Shown here: piece by piece, positions 1 through 14,505 of the stretch
Layout: each line of letters opens with the position of its first letter
Numbering within the stretch: the first letter of the stretch is position 1
Assembly: GCA_964016885.1 (NCBI GenBank)
Contig: OZ024750.1
Span: forward strand, 10,292,001-10,356,000
DNA from: Eledone cirrhosa
Taxonomy: Eukaryota
Length of the DNA stretch: 64,000 nt
Reading direction: 5' to 3'
Program-made: the position numbers and the translations under genes
The notes under the pieces: model-generated
The model's input: the letters and a program-made list of their open reading frames with translations, nothing else
Told to the model about the DNA's origin: nothing
The model's database searches: none

Positions 1-892
1 CAACACAGTTTATAAATGATATTGTTGGTTATAATAGTAGTTAGTCGTGGGAATAATAAACAACATTACCACCACCACCACAACCACCACCATCATCATT
101 ACCATCACCACTACCATCATTATTATTAAACCCCCCCCCCCCCCCCACTCTGACAAAGGGAATTTTAAGTCCAAAATATTAGGATGAAGGAAACAACTAA
201 AAAACAAAGATTACCAGGTAACTAATGTTTTCTTTGCCTCCATCTTACTCCATTTTGCATTGTTTAGTCTTCTTATATATATCACTTTCCACATTATATA
301 TTTTATACAATGCTTCAAGCAAACAACATTTTATTATACATATATATAGTAAACCATCTCAACTTGAATACATTCCTTTTTTTGACAGTTTATTTGACTG
401 GAGAGAATATATGTTGTTAACATATGAATGACATATTACAAACATGTTTTATTGCAGTTATTGTTGCTGACTAGGCTAACCTAGTCAGCAACAATAACTG
501 TGACCATCCTGCCTTTTTACTGATATCTAGAACTACATAGTCCAGCTGTGACCATTCTGTCTTTTTACTGATATCTAGAACTACATAATCTAATGTCTCC
601 TTTAATTATTCCAGATGATGGGGCTGTTAATTGAGGGAGATTTAACTTCTATTTCTAGACAAGTCCCTTTTACCCTGTACAAGTTCTTTGGCTTATGAAA
701 GTTACGTTGCTGTTATTTGTTCATCTCACTCTATCTATTATTGGTCAGATATTAAAAATAAGTTAGTGGTTACTATATCTGTTAAAAGCCTGTTATTGGT
801 CAGTCAGATATTAAAAGTAAGTTATTGGTGAGTCAATTATTAAAAGTTAATTATTGGTCAACTAATCATACTGAAGTTTCAGAAATACTTAC

Positions 893-1067
893 CTTACGTA
901 AGAAAATAAAAAAGTCCAACATTGCGAAAATGGATAAATTAGGAATGGAGGAAGCATAGGATTTAATAGATCCATCTGTGATTTGAACAAATTTGATTCC
1001 TTCAACATAGACTTTGTCAAGACCAATATCAAACTTCTGCAACAGTTTGATGATATGAGGTTGGCAA
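893..1067 (-). CDS. Flavin-containing amine oxidase (MAO-like), coding exon 3; gene continues beyond window start
   Basis: tttatttccag acceptor (phase 2) and AAG|gtaagt donor. Reads CQPHIIKLLQKFDIGLDKVYVEGIKFVQITDGSIKSYASSIPNLSIFAMLDFFIFLRK, the segment expected after DxGGQxVG in MAO-like proteins. Confidence 0.88.
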
Positions 1068-3842
1068 CTGGAAATAAACAGAATTTCATTAATCTGATTA
1101 TTAATTGATAGATTGATAAAGAAAAACAAAAACATAGGATTAAATAACATGATATAAGCTTAAGTGATTAAGGAGTTTAGGGTGATAGAAAGTTCATTCT
1201 TTCATGTATCCCCAAGATCCATTGGGATGATACTTAGCTATATTTAATACAAGGGTCGACTAAAAAGTACATAGGCTGACTATGAAGTTCCATTATTTTT
1301 CTCTTAAAAGGGCGGTGGATTGGCAGTATCGGTAGAGGGTCGGACGCCATGCTTTCCAGCATAGAGTTACGCCTCTTTAAGGTCTGAGTTCAAATCCCTC
1401 CAAGGTTAACTTTGCCTCGATAAAATAAAGTACCAGTAATGCACTGGGATAAGTGCTGGCCTTGTGCCAAAAGTAGAAATAATTATTTATCTCTTAATCA
1501 AAATTAACCTCCAATTCTTTTCATTTCTCAATGTTATCCTCTCTAAACACACTTTGATATCATACAAAAATTTCTCTCTCTAACATTCTCTCTATTTACA
1601 CACACTGTCTAAACATTTATTATTTTATTACGTTACATTTCTAATTTTTCCTGGTGTGAATTTCTATCTTCCTTATTCCCTCAATTTATAAATTACTTGC
1701 TTTATTTCCACTTCTTATTCGTTCTTCCTCTATTTTACTTTTTCCTTGCCTGACTGACTGTCTTGGTAGCATTCTTGTTGGCTGAAGGCCGACTATTTCT
1801 TTGTTTTCTCTTCCCACCCATCAATGTATTCATCTAATCAAACTTCTCTTTATAATATTCTCTCTTTTCCACATCTTTCAGAACAGCTACAGTCTTCTCC
1901 TTCCATATTTTTTATTATGTGTCAGAAATATAGAAACCAACACACACACACACCTCATTATCATCATCATAAGTCTATTTCTGATGCTGGCTTGAGTTGG
2001 ATGGGTCGTTACAGGCCAAGTCAGTACTTAATTGGAGTTACTGTCCTCCTAGACTTTCCCTATGGTTTCCATGGCTGGATGCCCTTTATATATCATCATC
2101 GATACGTTAGCTTGGGTTAGACAGGTTTGTCCCATTTAGAGGCAAATTGGGTCGGCTGACTGTGTTTTGCTCATATAGGAGTGTTTCACAGGCAACAATG
2201 TTAAACTGGGTGACAAATTATGTCAACCACCCAAGTAGGCCACAGCAGAATTTGAACTCAGAACACAAAGGACAAACACCACAAGGTATCTTATCCAATT
2301 CTCTAATGATTCCACCAGTCTACCATTACCTTAGTCCAGTGTTATATTTATTGAACATGGGAAGATGAAAGGCAAAAGTGACATCAACGGGATTTTAATT
2401 GTGTGTGACAGCTGGCCTCCTCCAAGCTATATCTTGTTGGAGGTGTCTTGGGTAATTTAATGATAAGGACCCCAGTCCTATCATCTCATTTCTACAGCTG
2501 AGTAAACTGGAGCAACGTGAAATAAAGCGTATTGCTCAAGGAAACAACACATCACCCGGTCTGAGAATTGAACTCACAACATTTCGATTGCAAGCCCAAT
2601 GCTCTAACCACTAAGCCATGCGTCTTCACATACCTTCACATGTGAAGATTTTAACTGAGACTACAAGGAGATGTAATAAATACCACAAGGCATTTCATAC
2701 AATGTATGAGCACGTTTGTCAACCACCCACCCACTAGTTAAATGTTAAATTGCTAGTGAGTTAGTAAAGTTCTATAGTTATAGGTTTATTGTTGTCACAA
2801 TGTTAAAGATATTTCACTCAGACAAATGTATAAATAGTGATAAATTTGTTAGCTGTTAATATTTATCTCAAACACTTCATAAGATAAGATATAAAGGGCA
2901 TTGATTTATTAACTGTACTATCATTGTCCTCAACTTCCTGCTGCTTTAACATTTTTCCATTTACATTACTCTATATTTACTATTGTATTTTCACAGTAAA
3001 GGCTTTACCTCACATAATATCAAATCTATGAGATTTTGATATTTATTTTGAGAACAATACCTTAACATAAGGATGAGCAGCCGATTACGGTCAGTTTGAA
3101 CAGAAAGAGGCGAGAGAATTCTGGATGGTATGGCTAGTTTAAATTCTAAAGGGTCAATTTATCTCATATGTTTTTACCCACCCCCCTCTCATGCTATCAA
3201 TGATAAACATTTTTTTTATTTATCTTTCAATCTCAACAAATTCTAATTTAATTCTCAATATCAGTTTTAGTTTTAATAGGTGGCTAAAAAGGTTGGTGTA
3301 GGAAGGGCATCTGGCTATAGAAAGCATGCCAAAACAAGGGGTTAGTTGGACCCTTCAGTTTGTGTCAAAAGACACAACAACTTCTCCTCTGCACTTGATA
3401 TAAGCATATGTAAGCAGAATGCAGACCCCTCAGTATGTATGGGAGGTTAGTAGCTCTGATATAGTACTGACTTTGTTTATGTAGACCTGCCCAACCCTAG
3501 CTAGCATGGAAAAAGGATGTTAAATGATGATGATTATATATATATGATTATATATATATTTATATGTTATTAATTCTGGCAATATTACACAAATATGACC
3601 CTCCCCAAGTATAACAATATATATATATATGTAAATAGGGAAAAAAAGACGATTATTAGGAAGAAAAATATATTTTTTTCCTTTATTCTTTTCTCTTTTT
3701 TTCTGGGTTAGAAAATGTTTAAAACAAAATATTTTACTTTGTGTGAAGTGTTAAGGTATTAGTTAATTTAATTATTAAATAAATAGTCACTAGACAAAAA
3801 TATTAAAAAAAAAAATGTAGAAAAGTTACAACCTAACTTCAT

Positions 3843-3889
3843 TGGAGAATCTGGGCATTGATCCTGGTACCTCTCACATGCTAAGCAAG
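3843..3889 (-). pseudogene. Truncated tRNA-Ala(AGC) pseudogene (anticodon arm to 3' end)
   Basis: Minus strand CTTGCTTAGCATGTGAGAGGTACCAGGATCAATGCCCAGATTCTCCA resembles the 3' two-thirds of metazoan tRNA-Ala-AGC. The 5' part is missing where a SINE begins at about 3890. Confidence 0.7.
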
Positions 3890-4183
3890 GGGTGTGGCTG
3901 AGTGGTTAGAGAATTGGATTCACAATCTTGAGGTTGTGAGTTCAATTCCTGGACCGGGCAATGCGTTGTGTCCTTGAGCAAGACACTTTCTTTCACGTTG
4001 TTCCTTCTACCTGGAGTTGCAACCGATAGATAGTACTAGCAACTGGAAAGACCGACGAAAACATTGTTTCCTCGGTCCGATTTGACGAAAGTCGATCGAT
4101 TCTTTTTTTTATATATATATACACACACACTACACACAGTTACATAAATATTTATAATAAAATATCAACAAAAGTAAACTTAC

Positions 4184-4274
4184 TGTCCAACAAATTGACC
4201 ACCGACATCCCACTTTCCTTCGACATCATTGCTGCCTTTTAAGGCCACCACTCGTGTCCGGCCTCCAATACGTT
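4184..4274 (-). CDS. Flavin-containing amine oxidase (MAO-like), coding exon 2
   Basis: ttttttatag acceptor and gtaagt donor, phase 1 to 2. Reads (E)RIGGRTRVVALKGSNDVEGKWDVGGQFVG(H), matching the RxGGR and DxGGQ(W/F)VG motifs of flavin amine oxidases and in frame with exon 1. Confidence 0.92.
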
Positions 4275-4460
4275 CTATAAAAAACAAAATAAAATAAAAA
4301 AATCAGAAAATAGTAAACATTCCCATTTGTATATTTTAGAAGTCTGCCAGGGTCTTTATAGAATATTTCGTTCTTACACCTTGTTATCCTTATTATTATA
4401 ATATATATATATATGCCACACTTTGGAACTGGGCATATCAACCAAATAACCAAGTTCTTA

Positions 4461-4519
4461 GCTGCCTGATGAGGTCATAGCTGTTGAATAATGGTTATCA
4501 CAGAAATATATATTTCAGC
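4461..4519 (+). ncRNA. Hammerhead-like motif (family D), partly degenerate
   Basis: GCTGC-CTGATGA-GGTCATAGC...GTTATCACA-GAAA-TATATA-TTT-CAGC; GCTG/CAGC stem I with one mismatch. Confidence 0.5.
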
Positions 4520-6571
4520 AAATATGAATATATGAAGTTAATTTTAACCTGTTGACTTACACTTCTTGTTTGTTTGTTTATATATATGACTTCTACAGGA
4601 CTAGAACTATCTCATTCATATGAAATCATCAGGAAAGTTCATTATTCCTAAGAGGGTTGTAAGGGCAGAGTCTTTAGACACAGCACCTTCAAGAGGGTCC
4701 TATTGGAAGCAACGATCACCAAATGATTTGATTCAGATCAGATTAAGAGAGGAAGAGCTGAGCTATCAACTGATCACCATCTAGTTATCTACAACTTGAG
4801 ACTAGCTAAAGTCAAGAAAATCCACAACACTGTTTTTACTACCAATTTTTAATATTAGAACTCTTAGTAAAACATATTAGTTATTTATTATTATTATATA
4901 TTCTTGTATAGGCAGTGAATTGGCAGTATCGGTAGATGGCTGGACACCATGCTTTCCAGCAAAGTTACGTCCCTATACGGTCTGAGTTCAAATCCCATCG
5001 AGGTTAACTTTGCCTTTCATCCTTACGAGGTCGATAAAATAAAGTACCAGTAATGTACTGGGTAATTGCTGGCCTTGTGCCAAATGTAGAAACAATTATT
5101 ATATATTCTTGTGCCAAATATTTGGATTAAAAATTGATTTCATACAAGTAACAGATAACTTTGATTAAAATCAATTCCGTCTTGCACCATAATTCTAGAC
5201 ACATTCCTTAATAAAAACCAATACTGAGCAGTCAATGTAATTCTATATTATACAGTATAAGCTGTGTCTTCCTTTTGTAACCAAAGAGTTAAATATCAAT
5301 TTTTTAGTTCATATCTATAATAAACTCTCCACTATACTATAGTTTAATATGTAGAACTCTAGCCAAATAAATTAACCCTTTCATGACTGTATTTCTAATA
5401 AAAAAACTAAAATAATAATAATAAAAAAGCTAGTGAAGGATCCTCTATGTCAGGCATGACAAACTGAGGGTCCCCTGAGGGCCACACACAACAATTAATT
5501 GCGCACATTACAACTAATTTTACAAAGATAAAACATGTTCACGCTGTAAAAAGCTTTATGCGGACCGCATGTGTGCTTGTAAAGGGCCGCTCTATGTAAT
5601 CTTTTGACATGCTAAAAATAGTAGCTTATATGATATTGAGAAAGAGAGAGATAAAGTAAGTAGGATCAAAGTCAGTGTTGCAACATATATATATAAACTT
5701 TATTGGCATATTACAATCATTTCAATATTGATCAGCACACGGCTGGATATCTTTACATAGAGTGAGGTCCAGGTCATTATGTTTGTACCCTGAGCTGATC
5801 AATATTGGAACAATTGTAATATGTCAGTAAAGTTTGTATATATACTGCAACATGGACTTCAATCCTGATAAATTTATTTACACTCTAAACACTGCAGCTG
5901 TTTTATCTCTGGAATACAATCCAACACGAGATGGACCTCGTAATAGTATTGAGTGCTTCAAATGGTGCACCACCTGTAACTGTAGTTACACAACTAACAC
6001 ACACACATATATATCATCATCATCATCATTTTACGTCCGCTTTTCCCTGCTTCCAAGGGTGGGACGGCAACTGATTCTGGCTCGATTTCTACAGCTGGAT
6101 GCCCTTCCTAACACCAACCTCATTTACAGTGAGTGCTGGGTGCTTTTTTGCCGTGGCACCTCCACGACCACTTTGCAGTGGAATGATAAGGACCCCAGTC
6201 CCTATCATCTCATTTCTACATTTCAATGTGAAATAAAGTGTCTTGCTCAAGGAAACAACACATCACCCGGTCTGAGAATTGAACTCACAACCTTTCGATT
6301 GCAAGGCCAATGCTCTAACCACTCAGCCATGTGCCTCCATATATATATATATAGATGTGTGTGTGTGTGTGTTATGTATATATATATATATAAATGTGGT
6401 TGGTGTTAGGAAGGGCATCCAGCTGTAAAACAAAACCTGCCAGAGACTCTTCCGTGAGAGTGAGACATGGTCTTCCGACCATTCCTACTTCAAATGGAAC
6501 AAAACCATCTAACCCATGCTAGCATGGAAGATGGACACTAAACAGTGATGATGATGATGATGATGATGATG

Positions 6572-6602
<31 letters not shown>

Positions 6603-8289
6603 TATATAAAATGAATAAATAAATAACCAAGGTTTAATACTTTATCATATATATATATGAGAGTGAGAAAGAGAGATTGTGCAATGAAAAGAAACTCAAT
6701 CACAGCTGCCACAAGCCTGCATAATAAGTGGAATGATTTTTGATGTGATTTGTTATAATAATAAATGAAAGCTGTTGTTGTTGTTGCTTAGTGATAGATC
6801 AATCTTGATTGACTATGTAGACCTACAATGAAAAATATTCCAACCATGGCCATCACGTCAGTATAACTACAATTACACAATCCAATGTTTTCTTCCTTTC
6901 TTTTAAAAACCTCCCAGTCCCACACTGTAAATGTGGTTGGTGTTAAGGGCATCCAGCTGTAGAAAACCCGCCAGACAGTCCTATGCGAGCAAGACAACCA
7001 CTCTTGCCTCAAGTGGGAAAACTCCCGTCCAAACCCATGCAAGCGTGGAACATGGACGTTAAACGATGATGATGATTACTCTATATTTACTATTATATTT
7101 TCATAGTAAAGGCTTTATTTTACATAATTATCTCACATAATATCTACATTACTCTATATTTACTATTATATTTTCATAGTAAAGGCTTTATCTTACATAA
7201 TATCTATATTACTCTATATTTACTATTATATTTTCATAGTAAAGGCTTTATCTTACATAATTATCTCACATAACATCTACATTACTCTATATTTACTATT
7301 GTATCTTACATAATTATCTCATATAATATTGAATCAATGAGATTTTGATATTATCTATTTAAAGAACAATACTTTAACAACAGTACGAACAGTTGGTTAT
7401 GGCTGGTTCGAATAGGAAGAGGTGAGAGAATTCTGGCCGGATATGGTCTGTATAAATGCTAAAGGGTTAAGGGTTAAGGCGGTAGAGAAAGTGACATTTG
7501 AGGGAGATTTAACTATTACTTCTAGCAGGTAGACAACCAAATAGAAACCCCTCCTCACCCTCAATAAAAACAACAAACAGTATTTTTATTCCTGAATAAT
7601 TACAGGAAAACTTGGAGAGTATTTACAGACATATTTTGTTGTTTTTATTTAACCAGGAATATAGTACAAGTTAAATTAAAGATCCACTTATGGTACCTTC
7701 ATATTATTGATGATGATGATGATGGTGGTGGTGATGGTAATAATGATGATGGTGGTGATGATGATGATGATTTCTAATTTGGCAGATGGCTACTTAAAAG
7801 TATGAGAAAGCATAATTGACAATCAATAATAATAGTGATGATAATAATAATAATAATTGTTTCTACTTTAGGCACAAGGCCAGCAATTACCCAGTGCATT
7901 ACTGGTACTTTATTTTATAATATATATAATATATATAATAATATATAATATAATATTATATAATATATAATAATAATAATAATGATGATGAATATGTTGA
8001 TTAATTATTAGTGAAGTTGGTGGCATAAGGCCAGAGAGGGAATAATCAGTGTATCGACTGCCATTATATAATTTGTAAGGTAAATATTTTCAAAGTAAGG
8101 CCTAATGGTTAGCTATTGATTAGTTTATTATTAATATATATATAAATATATATAAATAAATATATTGTTATACTTTGGGAGGGTCATGTTGCCAATAAGA
8201 ATGGCAACATGACCCTCCCAAAGTATAACAATATCGGTTTCAACACACGATTTCAGATAAAGAATTTTGCTAAACAAATTCAGAAACGA

Positions 8290-10170
<1,881 letters not shown>

Positions 10171-10171
10171 A

Positions 10172-10585
10172 TGTAAAAGGTAAACAGAAATAACAACACA
10201 ATCGGTACAGTATATGGTAGGAATATATTAGGTTAACGCTTGAAATAGCAGGAGGAGGGTCTTAACGTTTCGGACGCTAGTCCTTCATCAGAAGAAAGAA
10301 TGAGAAATAAAATAGATTGAAGGGATGGGTGGGGTAGAATGAGGAAATTATACCCGAGTCTCATGTGGTTTAATCATAATAGATAGTTTATCTTCAATGA
10401 TCGATTATATTGATTGATTTTTTTCGATGATCGCTGACATAGATCGAAGAAAGAATGAGAAATAAGATAGATTGAGGGGATGGGTGGGTTGGAATTGGAA
10501 AAATTGTCTTTAGATAAAAATAACAGGTCCATTTATGTTGACATCTCTTGGAAAACTGTTGGTGCTGGCGTTTTGTGTATGATTT
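10172..10585 (-). mobile_element. Non-autonomous repeat carrying hammerhead family A (Penelope-like terminal-repeat type); other copies about 26597-26820, 36330-36600, 38145-38290
   Basis: Four dispersed copies sharing aaggtaaacagaaataacaacacaatcggtacagtatatgg..., usually next to (TA)n. The hammerhead is mutated in the 26.7-kb copy and deleted in the 38.2-kb copy. Boundaries approximate. Confidence 0.6.
10260..10295 (-). ncRNA. Minimal type I hammerhead ribozyme motif (family A)
   Basis: TCTT-CTGATGA-A-GGAC-TAGC-GTCC-GAAAC-GTT-AAGA: intact core, 4-bp stem II, palindromic AACGTT stem III, 4-bp stem I. Confidence 0.8.
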
Positions 10586-10642
10586 ATATATATATACAAT
10601 GATATTAAATAAATGGAAACTATATTTATAAAACCATATTTA

Positions 10643-10703
10643 TTTTATTATATATATTTCAAGGGCAACCAAGACAACTTTGGTACGCTTTCATCAGATA
10701 AAA
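10643..10703 (-). ncRNA. Minimal type I hammerhead ribozyme motif (family B)
   Basis: TTTTAT-CTGATGA-AAGCGTACCAA..TTGGTTGCCCTT-GAAA-TATATA-TA-ATAAAA: 6-bp stem I, extended stem II, palindromic stem III. Confidence 0.78.
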
Positions 10704-11084
10704 TACAAAGTTTGTTTTATAAATAGAGACATACTCATGAAAATCATACCTTATCGGTTGGAAATTCACTGGATAGTGAAAAAAATAATTCACTGGACAG
10801 AAAAAAAAATATTCACCCTTTTGTGTGTGTTTATATATATATATATATATATATATGAATATAATATAAATAAATTTAACAGTATATATCATTTAATGTC
10901 AATCCCCCCCCCCACTTGCATGGGTTAGACAGGTTGCCTCTTTATGTGACATGTCAGGTCAAGAGACTACGTCTGACTTGTCACATCAAGTGACGACACT
11001 TCTAACCTATAGAAGCGTGGAATATATATATATATATACACAATATATTAATAAATGGAAACTATATTTATAAAACCATAATTA

Positions 11085-11146
11085 TTTTATTATATATATT
11101 TCAAGGGCAACCAAGGTAAATTATGGTGCGCTTTCATCAGATAAAA
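11085..11146 (-). ncRNA. Minimal type I hammerhead ribozyme motif (family B), second copy
   Basis: Same architecture as 10643-10703, with differences confined to stem II and its loop. Confidence 0.78.
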
Positions 11147-11228
11147 TACAGATTTGTTTTATAAATAAATATTGACATATCCGGAAAAAAGACAACCTCA
11201 ACGGTTGAAATTCGCTGGATAGTCTATA

Positions 11229-11290
11229 TTTTATCTGATGAAAGCGCACCATAATTTACCTTGGTTGCCCTTGAAATATATATAATAAAA
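11229..11290 (+). ncRNA. Minimal type I hammerhead ribozyme motif (family B), inverted copy
   Basis: Reverse complement of 11085-11146, inside a 109-bp inverted repeat (11040-11148 / 11227-11335). Confidence 0.75.
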
Positions 11291-11830
11291 TAATTATGGT
11301 TTTATAAATATAGTTTCCATTTATTAATATATTGTATATTTACTCCACTAATCTGTTATAAGAAATTTTTAAGCTTGATGAATCCCAACAAATTAAATAT
11401 AACCTCTGCATATATATATATATATATATATATATAGTGTGTACAATGTTTATTTACTGCCTTTTAACACAATTTTAAGCACCACACAATGCTAATATGT
11501 GGGCCCAGTCACCGATGTGTGATCCTACGTTTGGGACTTCACCATTATCGGGTATCTTTAAGAAGCAACGTGTTAATATTCCTTCTCCTTATTATTAAAG
11601 AATCCCGCCGAGGTTAACTTTGCCTTTCATTCTTACAGGGGTTGATAATAAAGTACCAGTAATGCACTGGGGTATTTGCTGGCCTTGTGCCAAAAGTAGA
11701 TACAATTTTAAAGAAAACAACATCATTACAATTCCCGCCGAGGTTGACTTTGCGGGGTTGCTAAAATAAAGTACCAGTAATGCACTGGGGTTATTGCTGG
11801 CCTTGTGCCTAACGTAGAAACAATTATTAT

Positions 11831-11869
<39 letters not shown>

Positions 11870-12195
11870 TTTATTCCCCGTAAGAATATCTTGTTACTGT
11901 GGCATCGTAACAAAATAGAAAATACGCATAAGATAAATAGTTATCAACACCAACAGATTCTTAGCAAGAATAATAAAACCTAAAATAACGAACAATAAAT
12001 TCTTTTGTGGTTAATTCAGTCAAACTGAAAGATGTGTGAATAAATATTTAAAGACAGTAAATGAACATAGCTTAACGTAAACAAAACAAACCACAGGCAG
12101 ACTGAGTCAAAGAATTGACTGTTAGTCTCAAAGACAAAAGAACATTTAACACCTAACAAGCAAACATTTACGTAGATAAATGTTAAATCTCTCAC

Positions 12196-12340
12196 CTGAT
12201 GCCTCAAGTAGTCGCACACTCAGTTGTGATCGTGTTGTAAGTTCGTAGGCAGCAGTTAAACCCGAAATCCCACCACCAACAACAATAACGTCGCAATCTA
12301 GATCTTCCATACCAGAAAGAAATCCGCCCCCCTCGAGCAT
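12196..12340 (-). CDS. Flavin-containing amine oxidase (MAO-like), coding exon 1
   Basis: Encodes MLEGGGFLSGMEDLDCDVIVVGGGISGLTAAYELTTRSQLSVRLLEAS: FAD-binding GxGxxG Rossmann motif and LLEA. Ends at G|gtgag donor (phase 1). An alternative start ATG lies at 12310. Confidence 0.9.
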
Positions 12341-14279
12341 TCCGTTGATTTCATTAAAAAAAAATATATAAAAAAAAAATCGGCGATTGATCGACCAAAT
12401 AAAAACCAAAGCAGCCGAACGTCACTCAAAATACCAAACTACATAAATGAGTTTTTTTTTTTTAATTAATAATCAAGCGCTAAAACATGTTTACATCCCT
12501 GCAAAGTAGTCATTAAAATGACAAGTGTTTGTTTTGTATGTTCGTTGTGTGACGTAACCACCTGGCCCGCTATTGTATATGAACGAGATAAGGACCGGTC
12601 TCCAAGCAAAGCTCTGTGTTATTTATATGAAAAACCGGAGTCAATATTACTTTTCATTCTCTGCATCAATGAATTGAACATCAATTATATAATATCGATT
12701 ACAGCAACTCCCTCTTAAAGATTTTACTGTGCATAATTAGTTAATAAAAGAAAGCATCATTTCACGTTGCAAAAAATGCGAAAAACGTATTATAAAATAC
12801 ATCCAAAATTCGTTATCTATTTTAGATATTTCTAACTAAAGTTAATTGTTATCCACACAGAAATGTGTTTTTATCGTAAGTAAACTTAAATGAAGACGAG
12901 TTGTTTCCCTTGATTAACGACTCTTTTGCTTATTTCTTTCTTAATTGAACACTGTCACTTAGAAATCAATGTCAAAGAACATCGTTGAATGTTGATCAAT
13001 AACATGTTATAGTTAGTATTATTGATGAGTAGCCAATACTCACTTTTAATCTTGCAGCAAACCTGTATCGTATGGTATTCAATAACATTTTGTTTTTCTT
13101 TCTCTCGCTCTCGTCGTATATTTTGGTGTGTTATATTTGTAAGGTTCCTAGCAATAGTTAATTGTATTTATTATTTGTTTATATTTTCATTCTGAGAGAA
13201 TTGTGAACAAGTTGTAATGTTATTTATACAACTGTGAATAAAATTTATAAAATTTTATACCAATATCGTCTTATTTTTTTCTCTCATAAATAGTTTACCC
13301 TTGGACTACATTATTCAATATTTTTTTTTCTTTTAAGATATTCAATTTTTTAGGCTGATAGATCATGCAGGAGTTGGTTCGTTGGTGAGAGATTGTTGTT
13401 GTTCTACCACAAGTCATCTTAGAAACACTAACCTGGTTAAAATCCGAAATTTAAGGAAACCTGTGATTATTTTTCCCCCTCCTCAGGATATTATGTAGTT
13501 CAACAATAAAGTATCTCACCTTTGCGAAACCAGCCCTAAACATGGTTTCCTTTTTTGCAGATGTGTCACCACTTTTCCATTGACAAGATCGTTCAATTTC
13601 CATGCTTGCATGGGTCAGACGGGTCGTCCATACCTTGCTTCGATGGGATTGTAAATTTGGCCAGGGTTTTTACAGCTGGTTGCCCTTCCTGACACCAAAC
13701 ACATTTACACGAATTTTAAATAAAAAATATGTTGACAATGAGAAAGACTCAATTTTTATTAAAAGTTTTATTTAAAAAGTGGATTTAGCATTCACAACCT
13801 CATTCAAATCATAACCATCACATCTTACAGCAAGAGTAAAAAGATTCCCCCCAAATTCACAGCAACCTCTCCATTTTCTCACGAACATTTGTTCCAAGTG
13901 ATTCAAATTCTTTTTTACTTTCTTCCATTTGCTTTTTCTGAAAAATAAAATATTTAGTCAATATTATAGATTGATTTATAATTACAAATAAAAACGACGA
14001 CAATAAGTATGTTCATTTCATACTACTCCAGTATACTCAGCTGAAAATGAGTACCAGCAATATGTGGGGGTTTAACCCTGCGATGGACTGGCATCCTGTC
14101 CAGGAGGGAGTCTTGTACTCTCAGTCACTTCACGCCACAGAAACTGAGATAAGCACCGGCCTGGTGAGCCTCCAGATTCGAGACTTTAGACTTTAGATAT
14201 GTATATAGCACCTTCCATAGTAAACCCTCATATATGATGATTCAGACCTCAATCAACTATTTGTGGGTTTAATTAATAC

Positions 14280-14505
14280 TGTCACCAGCACAACCACCTT
14301 ACAGTGAGGACTGGGTGCTTTTTGACTGTCACCAGCACAACCACCTTACAGTGAGGACTGGGTGCTTTTTGAGTGTCACCAACACAACCACCTTACAGTG
14401 AGGATTGGGTGCTTTTTGAGTGTCAGCAACACAACCACCTTACAGTGTGGACTGGGTGCTTTTTGAGTGTCATCAACACAACCACCTTACAGTGTGGACT
14501 GGGAG
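14280..14505. repeat. 47-bp minisatellite, about 5 copies
   Basis: Unit gtcaccagcacaaccaccttacagtgaggactgggtgctttttgact at 14281, 14328, 14375 and onward. Confidence 0.9.

Noticed and set aside
1310-1484. tRNA-like A/B boxes as tRNA genes
   Set aside because: No cloverleaf; they are the heads of multi-copy SINEs.
13021-13600. Divergent lncRNA or snoRNA host upstream of the amine oxidase
   Set aside because: Some acceptor-like sites exist, but there is no consistent exon chain and no properly spaced C/D boxes with a terminal stem.
14280-14505. CRISPR-like regular repeats (also 22390-22640, 34060-34680, 63076-63203)
   Set aside because: Head-to-tail tandem units without unique spacers, no cas genes, eukaryotic context.
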